Positions 26,997 to 38,013 are shown, numbered from the stretch's first letter. The stretch: DNA of 64,000 nt from Rhodothermaceae bacterium bin80 (GCA_002238805.1 MPNB01000005.1:10256-74255), one strand, 5' to 3'. The notes: generated by a model from the sequence alone, not told the origin. Program-made: numbers and translations.

Positions 26997-29100
26997 ATCG
27001 CGGTAGGGACCCGAGTTTCCCCGGGCCCCCCGCACAGATCCGGACGAGCGCGTTAACGCATCCGGCTCCTCCCTTGGGTTGCATTCGCATGCATGACGGT
27101 AAATCGTCTTGCCGGCCAGTCGTGGCGGATGGTCAGTTTCGGCCAATAGCGCTCTATCAGCGTGTCCAGTTGCTTCCATGTCGTTCGATCCCGCTGGGAT
27201 CGTTGACGTAGTACGCGCATCCAGACCCATGTCAGACGCTTATAGCATCGTTTTAGTGACTGCATACTCCATGGTACTGCGTAATAGTTCAGCCATCCAT
27301 TGAGCACCTGTCCAAGCCATTTCCCCGTTTCGTGCACCGGTTGGTGCATCCGTTGCCGGAGCTTCGTATACATACGTTTCACAAAGCGCGCCATGCGCTT
27401 CGCGATTGGCTTGCGTCCTAACCCAAATCGTCCTTTCCGTGTCTTACGACAGTAATGCGTAAAACCCAGAAAGTCAAAGGTCTTGGGACTGCTATCTCCG
27501 CGCTTCTTTCGGTCTCCCTCTGCAAAACGACCAAACTCAATCAGCCGAGTCTTGACAGGGTGCAGACGCAATCCGAATTTCTCCAATCGCTTCCGCAGGT
27601 CCCGAAGGAAACGCTCCGCTGCCTCCTTATACTGAAAACACACCACAAAATCGTCCGCATAGCGGACCATATACGACTCGCCTCCAATGTTTTGTGATTT
27701 GCGCTGTGACTTGAACCATAGGTCCAGCACGTAATGAAGGTAGAGGTTGGCCAAGATCGGCGAGATAACCGCGCCTTGCGGCGTGCCCTGCTCGCTTTCC
27801 CGCCAACTCCCATCCTCCATCACCCCCGCTTTCAGGAACTTCATGATGAGCCGCAGCACCCGCTCATCTCCGATCCGATGGCGCAGGAAACGCATAAGCC
27901 ATTCCTGGTCTACCTCATCGAAGAACTTGCGAATATCCGCGTCCACCACATAATTTACCTTCCGGCGTTCGATCACATACGCTAAGGCATCCAGCCCGTC
28001 GTGGGCATTACGCCCTGGTCTGAATCCATAGCTAAACCCACAGAATTCCATCTCATAGATGGGCTCCAGGATACACCTCACCATCGCAGTCTGGACGATT
28101 TTATCTTCCAAGGCTGCGATCCCGAGCGGTCGTGTACCTCCGTCAGGCTTGGGTATATTTACCCGCCTGCTTGGGGTCGCTCGAAACGTTCCGCGGTGTA
28201 CGCGCGTGCATAGGTCCTCTATTCGATGATCCAGGTCCGCGCCGTACGCCTTCCACGTCATGCCGTCCACCCCCGGTGATGCATCCCGCTTTAATGCGAG
28301 ATACGCCGCTTTCAGTGAATCAACATTGATGTGGTGCAGAAGCGTTGTGAGTTTCTCCTTCGGGTTCCGTTTTACGAATTCCCGTATCCGCGCAATCCCC
28401 TGGTGCACACGCGCCCATTTCTGCGCATGGTGTGTGGTAGAATCTTGCGGATTCCCCTTGGGTAGAGGCCTTCGCTCCGACAGCTCCGCGGTTGGTCCCT
28501 TGTTCGCTGCCTTCTTCACTACTATGCCTCTATCTGACTTCTCCATCTCGTGTATCTTAGGCTATGACGTCTTCCGCCTTCCCTAAACAGCCCTGTGCGA
28601 CTACAGGACAAGATGGAGACCTCTCAGGTCCCGACAAAATGCGTACACACGTCCGTGAGTTCTTCGACACCGTGGGCCCGTAATCCGTCTCACCATTACG
28701 ATGGATTACGTTTTGCCTTCGGACAGCAAGACATCCTCGGCGACCCAAATGATACGCCTTTCGATGCTCATTAGCTCCGGCCATACGCACCTCTACCGAC
28801 ACTTCATCATGACCCTCACGGGTCATAACGCACGGCTTGAGGAAGCATGTGATTGGTTTCATCTTCATACTACGGGACTTTCACCCGCTACATTTTGTCA
28901 GTTAGCCTGACGTACCCTGCTCGACGTTCACTACGCGTTCCGGCCCGCATGGTCGCTAAGCTACTCGCGTAGCCCGTTAAACCTCAGTGCTTCATATCAT
29001 TTCGTTCCCTCAATAATCCAGTAGGGCCGCTACCACCGGGAGGGACGGGGGTGGGGGGGTGTTCGCCCCCGCCACAGGAAAGCGCCTTTTCACGGCGCAC
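26997..29100 (-). mobile_element. bacterial group II intron, apparently full length (about 2.1 kb)
   Basis: On the minus strand the 5' end is GUGCGCC at 29100. Domain V is at 27068-27037 (GAGCCGGAUGCGUUAACGCGCUCGUCCGGAUC: AGC triad, 2-nt bulge, tetraloop). Domain VI has a bulged A at 27004, 7 nt before a 3' ...GAU end at 26997. The RT/maturase ORF lies inside. Confidence 0.8.
27053..28546 (-). CDS. group II intron reverse transcriptase/maturase (no endonuclease domain evident)
   Basis: RT blocks are present: PKPDGGTRPLGIAALEDKIVQ, GTPQGAVISPILANLYL and YADD (MVRYADDFVVCF). The maturase/X-domain block is LNGWLNYYA. Confidence 0.95.
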   Translation of the reverse strand: MEKSDRGIVVKKAANKGPTAELSERRPLPKGNPQDSTTHHAQKWARVHQGIARIREFVKRNPKEKLTTLLHHINVDSLKAAYLALKRDASPGVDGMTWKAYGADLDHRIEDLCTRVHRGTFRATPSRRVNIPKPDGGTRPLGIAALEDKIVQTAMVRCILEPIYEMEFCGFSYGFRPGRNAHDGLDALAYVIERRKVNYVVDADIRKFFDEVDQEWLMRFLRHRIGDERVLRLIMKFLKAGVMEDGSWRESEQGTPQGAVISPILANLYLHYVLDLWFKSQRKSQNIGGESYMVRYADDFVVCFQYKEAAERFLRDLRKRLEKFGLRLHPVKTRLIEFGRFAEGDRKKRGDSSPKTFDFLGFTHYCRKTRKGRFGLGRKPIAKRMARFVKRMYTKLRQRMHQPVHETGKWLGQVLNGWLNYYAVPWSMQSLKRCYKRLTWVWMRVLRQRSQRDRTTWKQLDTLIERYWPKLTIRHDWPARRFTVMHANATQGRSRMR

Positions 29101-29140
29101 GATGAGCACAGATTAGCGCTCCAAAGTACTGGTTTACAGG

Positions 29141-29252
29141 GTGTCCCAGATCAATCGGAACGGTGTCCCAGATCAATCGGAATCAGTGTCCCAGATCAAT
29201 CGGAACGGTGTCCCAGATCAATCGGAATCAGTGTCCCAGTTCGATCGGAGTA
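29141..29252 (+). repeat. five tandem 22-23-bp direct repeats, GTGTCCCAGATCAATCGGAA(CG/TCA)
   Basis: Read directly. The copies start at 29141, 29163, 29186, 29208 and 29231, and the last is degenerate (GTGTCCCAGTTCGATCGGAGTA). Each contains a GATC. The super-period is 45 bp. Confidence 0.9.
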
Positions 29253-29517
29253 TGCAGTGACAAATCCCAGCAACCCCAGAAGCATCGTGTAGACGAGTTG
29301 CTGGACGAGCCGTGCGCGAATCCTCGTTACGGTGGATTTACGCTCCGTGAGGCTGCGCGTAAAGTGGTGTTGCGGAGGGATGATCCACCGTCGGATCGCT
29401 CCATGCACGAACCAGGAGACACAGATATGCGGACACAGTCGTAGTGGAAATTTGCAAAATCTTTTCAACTATTCAACATAATTCCCTTTTACATAGCAGC
29501 CCAGCGCGATTTCGGGT

Positions 29518-32394
29518 TCAAATTGGTGAATCATCGAAAACCTGTTCACCTTGCTTACCCGAAAATATCTCTCTGAGCAGGTCTGCTGTATGAGTTTTTT
29601 GACGACTCATCTCCTCGGGAGAACCAGCAAAAAGAATCTCCCCACCTGCCTCGCCTCCCTCCGGCCCCATATCCACAATGTAATCAGCGACTTTTATTAC
29701 ATCGGGGTTATGTTCGATCACCAGCACGGTATTGCCTCTGTCCACCAGCTTCTGCAAAACATTCAGAAATAACCGAATATCCTCGAAATGCAGTCCGGTC
29801 GTTGGCTCATCAAATAGGTACAGTATCTTCCCTTTTCCCGGACGTGAAAGCTCTTTGGCCAGCTTCACTCGCTGCGCCTCTCCACCAGAAATCGTAGTTG
29901 ACTGCTGCCCTAAACGTATGTATCCCAGACCAACTGAGAGGAGCGTATCCAGCTTCTTAGCAATTTTAGGCAGATTGGCAAAAAAGGCAGACGCCTCAGT
30001 TACACGCATGTTCAGAACATCCGAAATAGTTTTGCCCTTGTAGGACACCTCCAATGTTTCCTGATTGTAGCGTCTGCCTTGACATGTGTCACACTCTACA
30101 TACACATCAGGCAAAAAATTCATCTCCAAACGATCAATACCGGCCCCTGAACAGGTCTCGCACCTCCCACCTCTCACATTGAACGAAAAACGCCCCGGCA
30201 TATAACCCCGTGCTCTAGACAGAGGTAAGCCAGCAAACAGTTGCCGAATTGCCGTGAACAAGGTGATGTACGTGGCCGGATTGGACCGGGGCGTTCGCCC
30301 AATTGGCTTTTGATCGATGTTGATCACCTTATCAATGAACCCATGCCCCTTCAGTTTCCCATACGGCAACCCTCGTGTCACGGCATGCGGAATTTTCCAG
30401 GACATCAATGCAGGAACAAGCGTTTGATTAATGAGCGAACTTTTTCCCGACCCACTAACACCAGTCACGCAAATGAATGTCCCTAAGGGTAGTGTAAGCG
30501 TAACATTCTTCAAATTGTTGCCTGTGGCCCCGGAAAGCACAAGGGCTTTCTTTGATATCTTCCGACGCTTCTCTGGAATTTCTATGCAACGCTGCCCCAG
30601 GAGATACGGCAAGGTCAACCCCTTTTTGGAACTGCCATTTTGCCGTAACATTGCTGGAGAACCAGCATACACAACCTCCCCACCCTGATCACCTGCACCA
30701 GGACCCATGTCAATGATATAGTCGGCTGACTCAATCATATCACGATCATGCTCAACGACCAGAACCGAATTACCTAGATCACGCAACCTGCGCAGGGACT
30801 CTATCAGACGTCGATTATCCCGGGCATGTAACCCAATGGAGGGCTCATCCAAAACATATAGGACACCTGTTAGCTGTGTACCAATCTGTGTGGCCAAGCG
30901 AATACGCTGGCTTTCTCCGCCAGACAATGTGACGGCCGGTCGGTCCAACGTTAGATAACCAACACCAACGTCAATCATGAACATCAGGCGCTCCTGAACC
31001 TCCTTAACAATGGGAGCAGCAATCCGGGCCTGTCGCTTACCAAAGCGAACTGTATTCAGGAACTCGCGCAGGCTAACCAGATCCATCTGTGCCAGGTCAG
31101 CAATCGTTTTTCCGGCAATTCTGTACGAAAGTGCCTCACTAGAGAGACGCCCTCCCCTACATTCAGTACATGGCCGACTTACCTTGAAGCACTCAAGTTC
31201 TCTTTGACCTTTTTTGTCCGCAGCCTTGTATCGAGTGTCCAAAATGTTGTAAAGGCCTCGCCCATCCGGAATTTTGTAGACGTACTTGGCACCACCCACC
31301 ATAATATCATGATATTGATAGGATCCATGGAGTACCTCATCCCATGCAGGTTTGCTGATCTTCTTCACTGGTGTAGCTAACGAAAAACCCTTTTCCTTCA
31401 ACACCAGTTCTATCTCCTCGATGAGGTAATAATCCCTCCAAGAGTCAAGAGGCAAGATTGCACCGTTCTCAATACTGAGTGAGCGATCCGGCACAAGCAA
31501 ATCTTCATCCCAGCAATCCTGCATCCCAAGGCCTCGGCACACATTGCAGGCGCTGGATGGCGAGTTGAACGAAAAGGTCCTCGGCGAGGCCTCCTGATAG
31601 GATTTTCCTGTTTCTGGATCATAGAGGTGACGACTGAATATGCGATCCTTTTTGGATGTTTCTGCTAGAATCAATGCTCCTTTCCCTAGCTCCAATGCCG
31701 TCTTGACCGATTGAGCTATGCGGGCCTCCATACCATTCTCGATACGCAAACGATCCACAACAATCTCGATGTTATGCGTGCTGTACCTGGCAACCTTCAT
31801 ACCCGGCTTAATCACACGAATCTTACCATTGACACGGACTCTGGTATAGCCCTGACGAGACACACTTTCAAAGAGCTCCCCATAATGTCCTTTGCGACCT
31901 TTAATCACAGGCGCAAGCAGCATAATTTTTGCACCAACAGGGTACTTCTGGATCGCTTCAATAATTTCACCCGTAGACTGCCTGATAAGCGGTTTACCCG
32001 ACGACGCCGAGAAAGAGGTAGCTGCGCGTGCATAAAGTAGCCGCAGAAAATCGTAGATCTCAGTAACCGTACCAACCGTCGACCGGGAATTCCTGGTGAC
32101 GGTCTTCTGGTCAATTGCAATGACTGGGGAAAGCCCTTCAATGTGATCAACATCAGGGCGCTCAGGCATCCCGACAAACTGTCGGGCATATGCACTCAGG
32201 CTTTCCATGTACCGTCGCTGGCCCTCGGCATAAACAGTATCGAAGGCCAGTGAACTCTTTCCCGAACCCGAAAGACCCGTCACAACAACCAGTTCGTCGC
32301 GCGGAATATCCACATCCACATCCCTCAGGTTGTGTTCACGCGCACCTCTGACAAGAATGTACTCGTCCCTGCGTTCTCCGTTTCGGCCATCCAT
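29518..32394 (-). CDS. uvrA: excinuclease ABC subunit A
   Basis: 958 aa with two ABC modules ([24 protein letters not shown]; [16 protein letters not shown]) and zinc-finger Cys clusters. Confidence 0.97.
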   Translation of the reverse strand: MDGRNGERRDEYILVRGAREHNLRDVDVDIPRDELVVVTGLSGSGKSSLAFDTVYAEGQRRYMESLSAYARQFVGMPERPDVDHIEGLSPVIAIDQKTVTRNSRSTVGTVTEIYDFLRLLYARAATSFSASSGKPLIRQSTGEIIEAIQKYPVGAKIMLLAPVIKGRKGHYGELFESVSRQGYTRVRVNGKIRVIKPGMKVARYSTHNIEIVVDRLRIENGMEARIAQSVKTALELGKGALILAETSKKDRIFSRHLYDPETGKSYQEASPRTFSFNSPSSACNVCRGLGMQDCWDEDLLVPDRSLSIENGAILPLDSWRDYYLIEEIELVLKEKGFSLATPVKKISKPAWDEVLHGSYQYHDIMVGGAKYVYKIPDGRGLYNILDTRYKAADKKGQRELECFKVSRPCTECRGGRLSSEALSYRIAGKTIADLAQMDLVSLREFLNTVRFGKRQARIAAPIVKEVQERLMFMIDVGVGYLTLDRPAVTLSGGESQRIRLATQIGTQLTGVLYVLDEPSIGLHARDNRRLIESLRRLRDLGNSVLVVEHDRDMIESADYIIDMGPGAGDQGGEVVYAGSPAMLRQNGSSKKGLTLPYLLGQRCIEIPEKRRKISKKALVLSGATGNNLKNVTLTLPLGTFICVTGVSGSGKSSLINQTLVPALMSWKIPHAVTRGLPYGKLKGHGFIDKVINIDQKPIGRTPRSNPATYITLFTAIRQLFAGLPLSRARGYMPGRFSFNVRGGRCETCSGAGIDRLEMNFLPDVYVECDTCQGRRYNQETLEVSYKGKTISDVLNMRVTEASAFFANLPKIAKKLDTLLSVGLGYIRLGQQSTTISGGEAQRVKLAKELSRPGKGKILYLFDEPTTGLHFEDIRLFLNVLQKLVDRGNTVLVIEHNPDVIKVADYIVDMGPEGGEAGGEILFAGSPEEMSRQKTHTADLLREIFSGKQGEQVFDDSPI

Positions 32395-32415
32395 TAGCGG
32401 GCCTGTTTGCTCCCC

Positions 32416-32718
32416 CTAGATTTCCGACTCCGTGGTGGGATCCCGGAAGTAGATTTCGGAATTGAACATTTCCTCGACTGCAACCTCGGTGGGCTTAGGT
32501 CGCTCCTCATGCTCAATGGATATACGGCGCTGTTCTTCCTGGAAATGCGGATCTTCCAGTTCGGGATCAAACCCTTCAAAGTACGCGAGACGCGTATCAA
32601 GTTCCGACTTCATTTTGATCGCAGCTTGGCGCGAACGCTTCGAAAGGATCGCAACGGCTTCAAACAGGTTACCTGTCTGTTCAACCAGCGCATCAATATC
32701 GACTGTTTTAAGCGGCAT
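32416..32718 (-). CDS. rpoZ: DNA-directed RNA polymerase subunit omega
   Basis: 100 aa. The block [15 protein letters not shown] matches the omega core helix of Bacteroidota-type RpoZ. Confidence 0.7.
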   Translation of the reverse strand: MPLKTVDIDALVEQTGNLFEAVAILSKRSRQAAIKMKSELDTRLAYFEGFDPELEDPHFQEEQRRISIEHEERPKPTEVAVEEMFNSEIYFRDPTTESEI

Positions 32719-32763
32719 GAGTAGTTTATAAGCACGAATTCGTAACAGACCATTGACACTCTA

Positions 32764-33252
32764 ATGCAAAAATATAGTTCCTGCTTAATGTTAATCTCCG
32801 CACTCCTGCTATCCGCAAGTTGTGAGACCGCACAACTGCCTGAGCTGACGGAAGAAGACCTAGCCGAACTGCTCCCCTATGTATCACTCGGCCGCGGACT
32901 ACAGGCTTCACTCGACACAACCACTGTACGCGTGATCACAGATGTGGCTACGTGGACTGCATATGCGGATTCACTTCAGCCACTGATGCCCTTCACCTCC
33001 GTAGACTTTGAAACAGAGATGGTTCTACTTGCCGCCGTTGACGTTAATTCTGGAGGATATGACCTGCGTTTTGAGCTCCTCGAAAGTCTTAGGGATACGG
33101 TGGTCGCAACCTATCGGCTGTTCTCCCCAGGCTCCGATTGTCGTCCATCTTTCTCCACCGGAGTTGCTTTTGAGGCCATTCGAGTCGAACGAACACAGAA
33201 TACAATCAGATTCGTGCAAATCGAAGAGGCACTGGACTGCGGACCAAAATGA
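32764..33252 (+). CDS. lipoprotein, PrcB C-terminal-domain-like
   Basis: The signal ends LLLSASC. The block VDFETEMVLLAAVDVNSGGYDLRFELLE resembles the PrcB_C pattern. Recognition is weak. Confidence 0.45.
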   Translation: MQKYSSCLMLISALLLSASCETAQLPELTEEDLAELLPYVSLGRGLQASLDTTTVRVITDVATWTAYADSLQPLMPFTSVDFETEMVLLAAVDVNSGGYDLRFELLESLRDTVVATYRLFSPGSDCRPSFSTGVAFEAIRVERTQNTIRFVQIEEALDCGPK

Positions 33253-33463
33253 GGTAGTGGCCGCAAACAAATCCTGCATCGGGATCTGGAAAAACAAGTA
33301 CCGTGTAACCGAAATTGTAACGCTGAACAGTATGCCGCTTCGCATACCCCGGACTCAGGATTAGGACAAGATCTCCAGTATTGGAATTGATTAATCCTGA
33401 TCGAAATACACCGCCAACCTGATCACCGGCGACTGCTCATTCCACTGGCCGACATACCTTCTC

Positions 33464-34210
33464 TCAACCCAATGCAGTTGATGTATCCTGGTTCACCAGT
33501 ATGGGGTTTTCAACACGGACATCGCTTTCTACTAAGCCATCCCGCAAACGAACAATGCGGCGTGCATGATGCGCAACCTCCTCTTCATGCGTTACAACCA
33601 TAATCGTGTTACCCCTGCGATAAAGCGTCTCGAAGAGAAGCATGATCTCCTGACCTGTCTTGGTATCGAGGTTCCCGGTTGGTTCATCGGCTAGGACCAA
33701 CGCCGGGTTATTTACCAAGGCACGCGCAACGGCAACCCGTTGGCGCTGTCCGCCGGACAGTTCGTTTGGTTTATGTGTTACCCGATCCGACAATCCAACC
33801 TGCTCCAACGCACGCGCAGCCATTTGGCGACGCTGGCCGCGTGTCTTGCCACTGTATATGAGCGGAAGCTCTACGTTCTGCATACAGTTAACGCGCGGCA
33901 ATAGATTAAAAGTTTGAAAAACAAACCCGACCTCGCGATTACGGATTTCTGCTAATTCATTATCAACCATCTCGCCCACATTCTGTCCGCGAAGGAGATA
34001 GCTCCCATCCGTAGGTGTATCCAGGCAGCCGATCATGTTCATGAGTGTGGACTTGCCGGAACCACTGGGTCCCATGACTGCCACGTATTCATTCGGGTAC
34101 ACATCCAAGCTTACTCCATCCAATGCGCGGACAATCTCCGTGCCCATAGGATAGAGCTTCCTAACATCGCGTAACTGAATTAGCGGATGACCGCTTGCTC
34201 CATTATTCAT
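33464..34210 (-). CDS. ABC transporter ATP-binding protein (MacB/LolD type)
   Basis: The Walker A is GPSGSGKST, the signature is [15 protein letters not shown] and the Walker B is [12 protein letters not shown]. Confidence 0.92.
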   Translation of the reverse strand: MNNGASGHPLIQLRDVRKLYPMGTEIVRALDGVSLDVYPNEYVAVMGPSGSGKSTLMNMIGCLDTPTDGSYLLRGQNVGEMVDNELAEIRNREVGFVFQTFNLLPRVNCMQNVELPLIYSGKTRGQRRQMAARALEQVGLSDRVTHKPNELSGGQRQRVAVARALVNNPALVLADEPTGNLDTKTGQEIMLLFETLYRRGNTIMVVTHEEEVAHHARRIVRLRDGLVESDVRVENPILVNQDTSTALG

Positions 34211-34226
34211 CTAAAAATTGTCGGGC

Positions 34227-35588
34227 TTAACGTTCCTTGATCAAGTCTCCATCGCTGAGTTCACGACTTACGGCACTGTACGGACCATTCACTACCCGCT
34301 GTCCCTCTTCCAGACCTGCCTTGATTTCAATGTACTGATCATCCGAAATTCCAGTCTCGACTGCTGTTGCGACAACCTTCATTTCGTCGTCCACTACAAA
34401 GACCATCCGCCGCAGATATTCTTCGTCCGACGACGAAACCGATCCAATCTCACTGTCGTTGCTGTCGGCCGCTGCCGTCGAGTCTGATTCTGAGTTGGCG
34501 GTAGCGGCTCGCCGGGCACGAGTTCTATTGATAATTCTGAAGTCCCTTACGGTCACGGCCTGAATTGGAATAGCAACGACCTCGGCAACCGTGCTTGTAA
34601 AGATGTCAACTGTTCCACTCATACCCGGTCTGAAGCTTGGATAGTCTTGAATCGAGGGAGTCTCGCTGAGGATACCTGGGGACTGTGCAGCAGGATTGTG
34701 GGGGTCCAGGATACGGATTTTGACCGGAAAGTTCGTCACCTGCTCCTGAAATGTACTTCCTTGCAACCGGGCCGAGTTTGCGATTTCTGTAACGACCCCC
34801 TTAAAGTAGCGCTCAGGATAGGCATCCACTTCAATAGAGGCGGTGTCACCAAGCATAACATTGACCACGTCGTTCTCACTGACCTCCACTTCCAATTCCA
34901 TTTGTTCCAAACGTGCCACCTTCATAACCGTAGTACCCGCTTGAAGCTCATTGCCCGTCACGCGTTCACCTAACTCAATATCCAATTGGCTTACCGTTCC
35001 GGACATCGGTGCATAGAGTACGGTCTTGCTGAGTTGTTCCTTGACCTCCCGCAGACGTGCCTCTGCGCTCTCCACATTAAACGTTGCCGCGTCCAGATCT
35101 GTCTGAGCTATCTTATGCTGAGTTTTGCTCTGCTCATATTGCTCGAGAGGGATGACCTCTGCCTCGTACAGTTGACGTTGCCGCTCGAGTGTCTGCTCCT
35201 GCAACAGGAGACTTGCTTCGCGCTGAGATAAGTTCGCCTTGGCCTGTGAAAGCTGTGCTTCAGCCTGCTCTACCTGAGCCTCGTAATAGTCCGGTTTGAT
35301 ACGTGCCAGAAGCTCTCCCCTGCGAACCTGCTGACCTTCAACGACAGGTAGTTGCACGATTTCACCGGAGACGTCCGGGCTAATCACGATTTCTACTTCC
35401 GGCTGCACGCGTCCAGACGCGGTCACCGTTTGTGTGACTGTTCGTAATTGCGCTGTAACAATCTCCACGCTTTCTGCGTTGGGACCACCGAAGAAACGCT
35501 GCCCAGCAAGACCCAAAATCACCAGAAGGATCACTGCTACCGCAACGAATATCAGAAGATTGCGAGTACGATTCTTTTTCTTTGCCAT
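34227..35588 (-). CDS. efflux transporter periplasmic adaptor (HlyD/MacA family)
   Basis: The ATG at 35588 gives MAKKKNRTRN and a transmembrane helix. A long coiled-coil hairpin follows, flanked by barrel-sandwich blocks (GRVQPEVEIVISPDVSG...; YAPMSGTVSQL). Confidence 0.85.
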   Translation of the reverse strand: MAKKKNRTRNLLIFVAVAVILLVILGLAGQRFFGGPNAESVEIVTAQLRTVTQTVTASGRVQPEVEIVISPDVSGEIVQLPVVEGQQVRRGELLARIKPDYYEAQVEQAEAQLSQAKANLSQREASLLLQEQTLERQRQLYEAEVIPLEQYEQSKTQHKIAQTDLDAATFNVESAEARLREVKEQLSKTVLYAPMSGTVSQLDIELGERVTGNELQAGTTVMKVARLEQMELEVEVSENDVVNVMLGDTASIEVDAYPERYFKGVVTEIANSARLQGSTFQEQVTNFPVKIRILDPHNPAAQSPGILSETPSIQDYPSFRPGMSGTVDIFTSTVAEVVAIPIQAVTVRDFRIINRTRARRAATANSESDSTAAADSNDSEIGSVSSSDEEYLRRMVFVVDDEMKVVATAVETGISDDQYIEIKAGLEEGQRVVNGPYSAVSRELSDGDLIKER

Positions 35589-35595
35589 GGTAATC

Positions 35596-36975
35596 TTAAT
35601 CAAATAGTGGCTGGCTTGGATCCAGCTCACCAGTGTAGTAACGAATCAATCGTTTACGCACGAAAATGATGTATCGTGCAGCAATTGCCTCCTGTGACGC
35701 CTGCACAAACTCAGATTGCGCCTGCGTAAGTTCAACGAGGGTAGCCGCACCCACGTTATAACGCTCACGGGCTGCATCCAACGCCTGCTGCCGGTAAACC
35801 AACTGTCTCTCAGTGACCTCCAGTTCTTTTTCTGCAATCACGTAATCGAGATAAGCCTGCCGAACTTCAACGCCGACCTGTTGCTGGGTTGTCTCAACGC
35901 CGAGTCGTGCATTTTCGTACGATATCTGCGCTCGCTGCTTTTGAGTGCGTGTGCGAAGACGATTAAAGACTGGCACACTCACCGACAGCGAAATTGACTC
36001 AGAACGATTCCGCTCCAACTGCCCGCCAAAACTAAATGCCTGTATCCCACTGTTATAACTCGTACCCGCAAATGCCGAAAAGCTGAGTTGCGGTAACATG
36101 CTGCCGGACGCTGCACGAAGCCCTTGCTGGGCTGCCAGTACGGAAATTTCCTGTGCGCGTAAATCACTTCGCTGCAGCCGTGCGCGCGTGATGAGATCAG
36201 TTAGATCAAACTCCTCTGGCAACAAGTATTCATCCTCCAATTCCGGCACCACAAACTCGTAACTGCCCAGCGGGTCCAATTGTAAAATCTGCAATAAATT
36301 GGCCATAACCACCTGCGACTGCTGCTCGACCTGCAGTATAGCCAGCTCTGCTGATTCTACCGCAGCCTGTTGCTGGTACAGATCCGATACCGGGCGTGTA
36401 CCAACCCGTACAAATTCCTCAATCTGAGCCAGAAGCTGCTGAGCAGCGGCTAGGTTTTCCTGCTGAACAGATATCTGTTCCCTCGCCTGGATATAGGCGA
36501 GAAACTGAGTTGCAACCTGGAACACCACCAATTGCCGCTGACGCTCAAGATCAAAGTCATTTGCAGTCACGTTGAGTCGACTCTGACGAAGAATCGACTG
36601 TCTCTGGAACCCGTCAAACAGCGTCACAGACGAGGATGCACCCATATTGAATCGTGAGTTGGCCGTTGTGCGGAGCTCACCAACATTTGTGTCAAAGGAT
36701 AACCCGAAGCTTGTCCCGCCTCCTGTGCTCACGTTAAAGTTTGGCAGATATGCCGCACGCGCAGACCGAACATCAATCTCGCTGAGTCGCAACTGGTTGG
36801 CACTCTGTCGCAGCTGAGTGTTCTGATCCAATGCAATGCGTACCGCATCCTGAAATGTAATTTCCTGCTGTACCTGGGCTGACGCAGTGAGTGTGAAGAT
36901 GGCCAGCAAACTCACACAAAACATGTGCGAAGATACCAGTGAAGGGAGCCGAATGGTCATGACCGTGCTCATCAA
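35596..36975 (-). CDS. TolC-family outer-membrane efflux protein
   Basis: 459 aa with a signal peptide. Duplicated coiled-coil/beta repeats are typical of the OEP family (LTFQDAVRIALDQNTQL...). Confidence 0.85.
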   Translation of the reverse strand: MMSTVMTIRLPSLVSSHMFCVSLLAIFTLTASAQVQQEITFQDAVRIALDQNTQLRQSANQLRLSEIDVRSARAAYLPNFNVSTGGGTSFGLSFDTNVGELRTTANSRFNMGASSSVTLFDGFQRQSILRQSRLNVTANDFDLERQRQLVVFQVATQFLAYIQAREQISVQQENLAAAQQLLAQIEEFVRVGTRPVSDLYQQQAAVESAELAILQVEQQSQVVMANLLQILQLDPLGSYEFVVPELEDEYLLPEEFDLTDLITRARLQRSDLRAQEISVLAAQQGLRAASGSMLPQLSFSAFAGTSYNSGIQAFSFGGQLERNRSESISLSVSVPVFNRLRTRTQKQRAQISYENARLGVETTQQQVGVEVRQAYLDYVIAEKELEVTERQLVYRQQALDAARERYNVGAATLVELTQAQSEFVQASQEAIAARYIIFVRKRLIRYYTGELDPSQPLFD

Positions 36976-37173
36976 AGAAGTTTGGGAGGAATTTGTTTTA
37001 CGATTTTCATGGGGCGATGCTGCAATCGGCTATTCAAGCCTACGAAACAGTGTCTGCCATTGTTACACACAAAACGATATACATGCGGGCGTTATTGATC
37101 ACAATAGTCGCGTCCGCCTTCATAGACGACCAGTATTCTGTATTCACTCCGGCGCCTTATGAAGGCATGGATT

Positions 37174-38013
37174 TTACATATCGTGCACTTTCAAATCTTC
37201 GCGTCGGTGTTTTTGGCGAAGTTTACGGAGGGCTTTTTCTTTAATCTGTCGCACTCGCTCTCTTGTTAAATCAAAACGAAGACCGATTTCTTCCAGTGTC
37301 AGGGGATGCTCGCGACCAACTCCGAAGTATAGGCGGGTGATCTCCGCCTCACGCGGACACAGGCTGCTAAGCGCCACCTCAATATCAATCTTCAGTGACT
37401 CCCCGCGCAGCGGTTCGTCAGGTGGAGCTATTTCGTTGCTGGGCAGCACATCCAACAGGCTGTTCTCGTCCTCTTCATTAAAGGGAGCGTCCATGGACAA
37501 ATGCCTGGCAGTGCGCTGCATCGCACTGCGAACCTTTTCGATATCAATCTGGAGATCAGTTGCCAGTTCTTCCAGATTTGGATCACGTTCATGCTCCTGT
37601 GCCAGCCGTGCACTGCTCTTACGAATCTTGCTTATCGTGCCAATCTGATTCAGAGGCAAACGCACCACCCGCCCCTGTTCAGCCAGTGCCTGCAGGATAG
37701 ACTGGCGAATCCACCACACGGCATAAGAGATGAACTTGAATCCACGCGTCTCATCAAACCGTTTGGCAGCTTTGATGAGACCATAATTGCCTTCGTTAAT
37801 CAAGTCGGTGAGATGCAACCCCTGCCCTTGGAATTTTTTCGCAACCGAAACTACGAAGCGAAGATTGGCACGGGTAAGCTTCAGAAGCGCCTCCTCATCG
37901 CCCTGTTTAATTTTCCGTGCTAACTCCGCCTCCTCCGCTGGCGTCACAAGATCAATTTGACCTATCTCTTTCAGATACTGATCCAGCATTCGCTGGCGAC
38001 GTGGGACGTACAT
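37174..38013 (-). CDS. rpoD: primary-like sigma-70 factor (short Bacteroidota-type SigA)
   Basis: Region 2 is [12 protein letters not shown]...[18 protein letters not shown]...[13 protein letters not shown]. Region 4 is [28 protein letters not shown]. Confidence 0.9.
   Translation of the reverse strand: MYVPRRQRMLDQYLKEIGQIDLVTPAEEAELARKIKQGDEEALLKLTRANLRFVVSVAKKFQGQGLHLTDLINEGNYGLIKAAKRFDETRGFKFISYAVWWIRQSILQALAEQGRVVRLPLNQIGTISKIRKSSARLAQEHERDPNLEELATDLQIDIEKVRSAMQRTARHLSMDAPFNEEDENSLLDVLPSNEIAPPDEPLRGESLKIDIEVALSSLCPREAEITRLYFGVGREHPLTLEEIGLRFDLTRERVRQIKEKALRKLRQKHRREDLKVHDM

Noticed and set aside
26613-27230. 205-aa minus-strand ORF spanning the intron 3' boundary
   Set aside because: It overlaps domains V/VI and the end of the RT gene in another frame, and its composition looks non-protein-like. 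It is most likely spurious.
27053-28546. The reverse transcriptase as a retron, DGR or defence-associated RT
   Set aside because: The ORF has the maturase X-domain motif. It is embedded between a GUGCG 5' end and readable domains V and VI, so it is a group II intron protein.
29141-29252. The repeats as a possible CRISPR array
   Set aside because: The repeats are directly abutting with no spacers, and there are no cas genes in the window.
29059-29444. + strand ORFs (77 and 93 aa) reading through the tandem repeats, giving repeated VPDQSERCPRSIGIS peptides because the 45-bp unit is in frame
   Set aside because: One starts inside the intron 5' end, the other at a GTG inside a repeat. Neither has a recognisable product or translation signals. 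The repeats are more plausibly non-coding.
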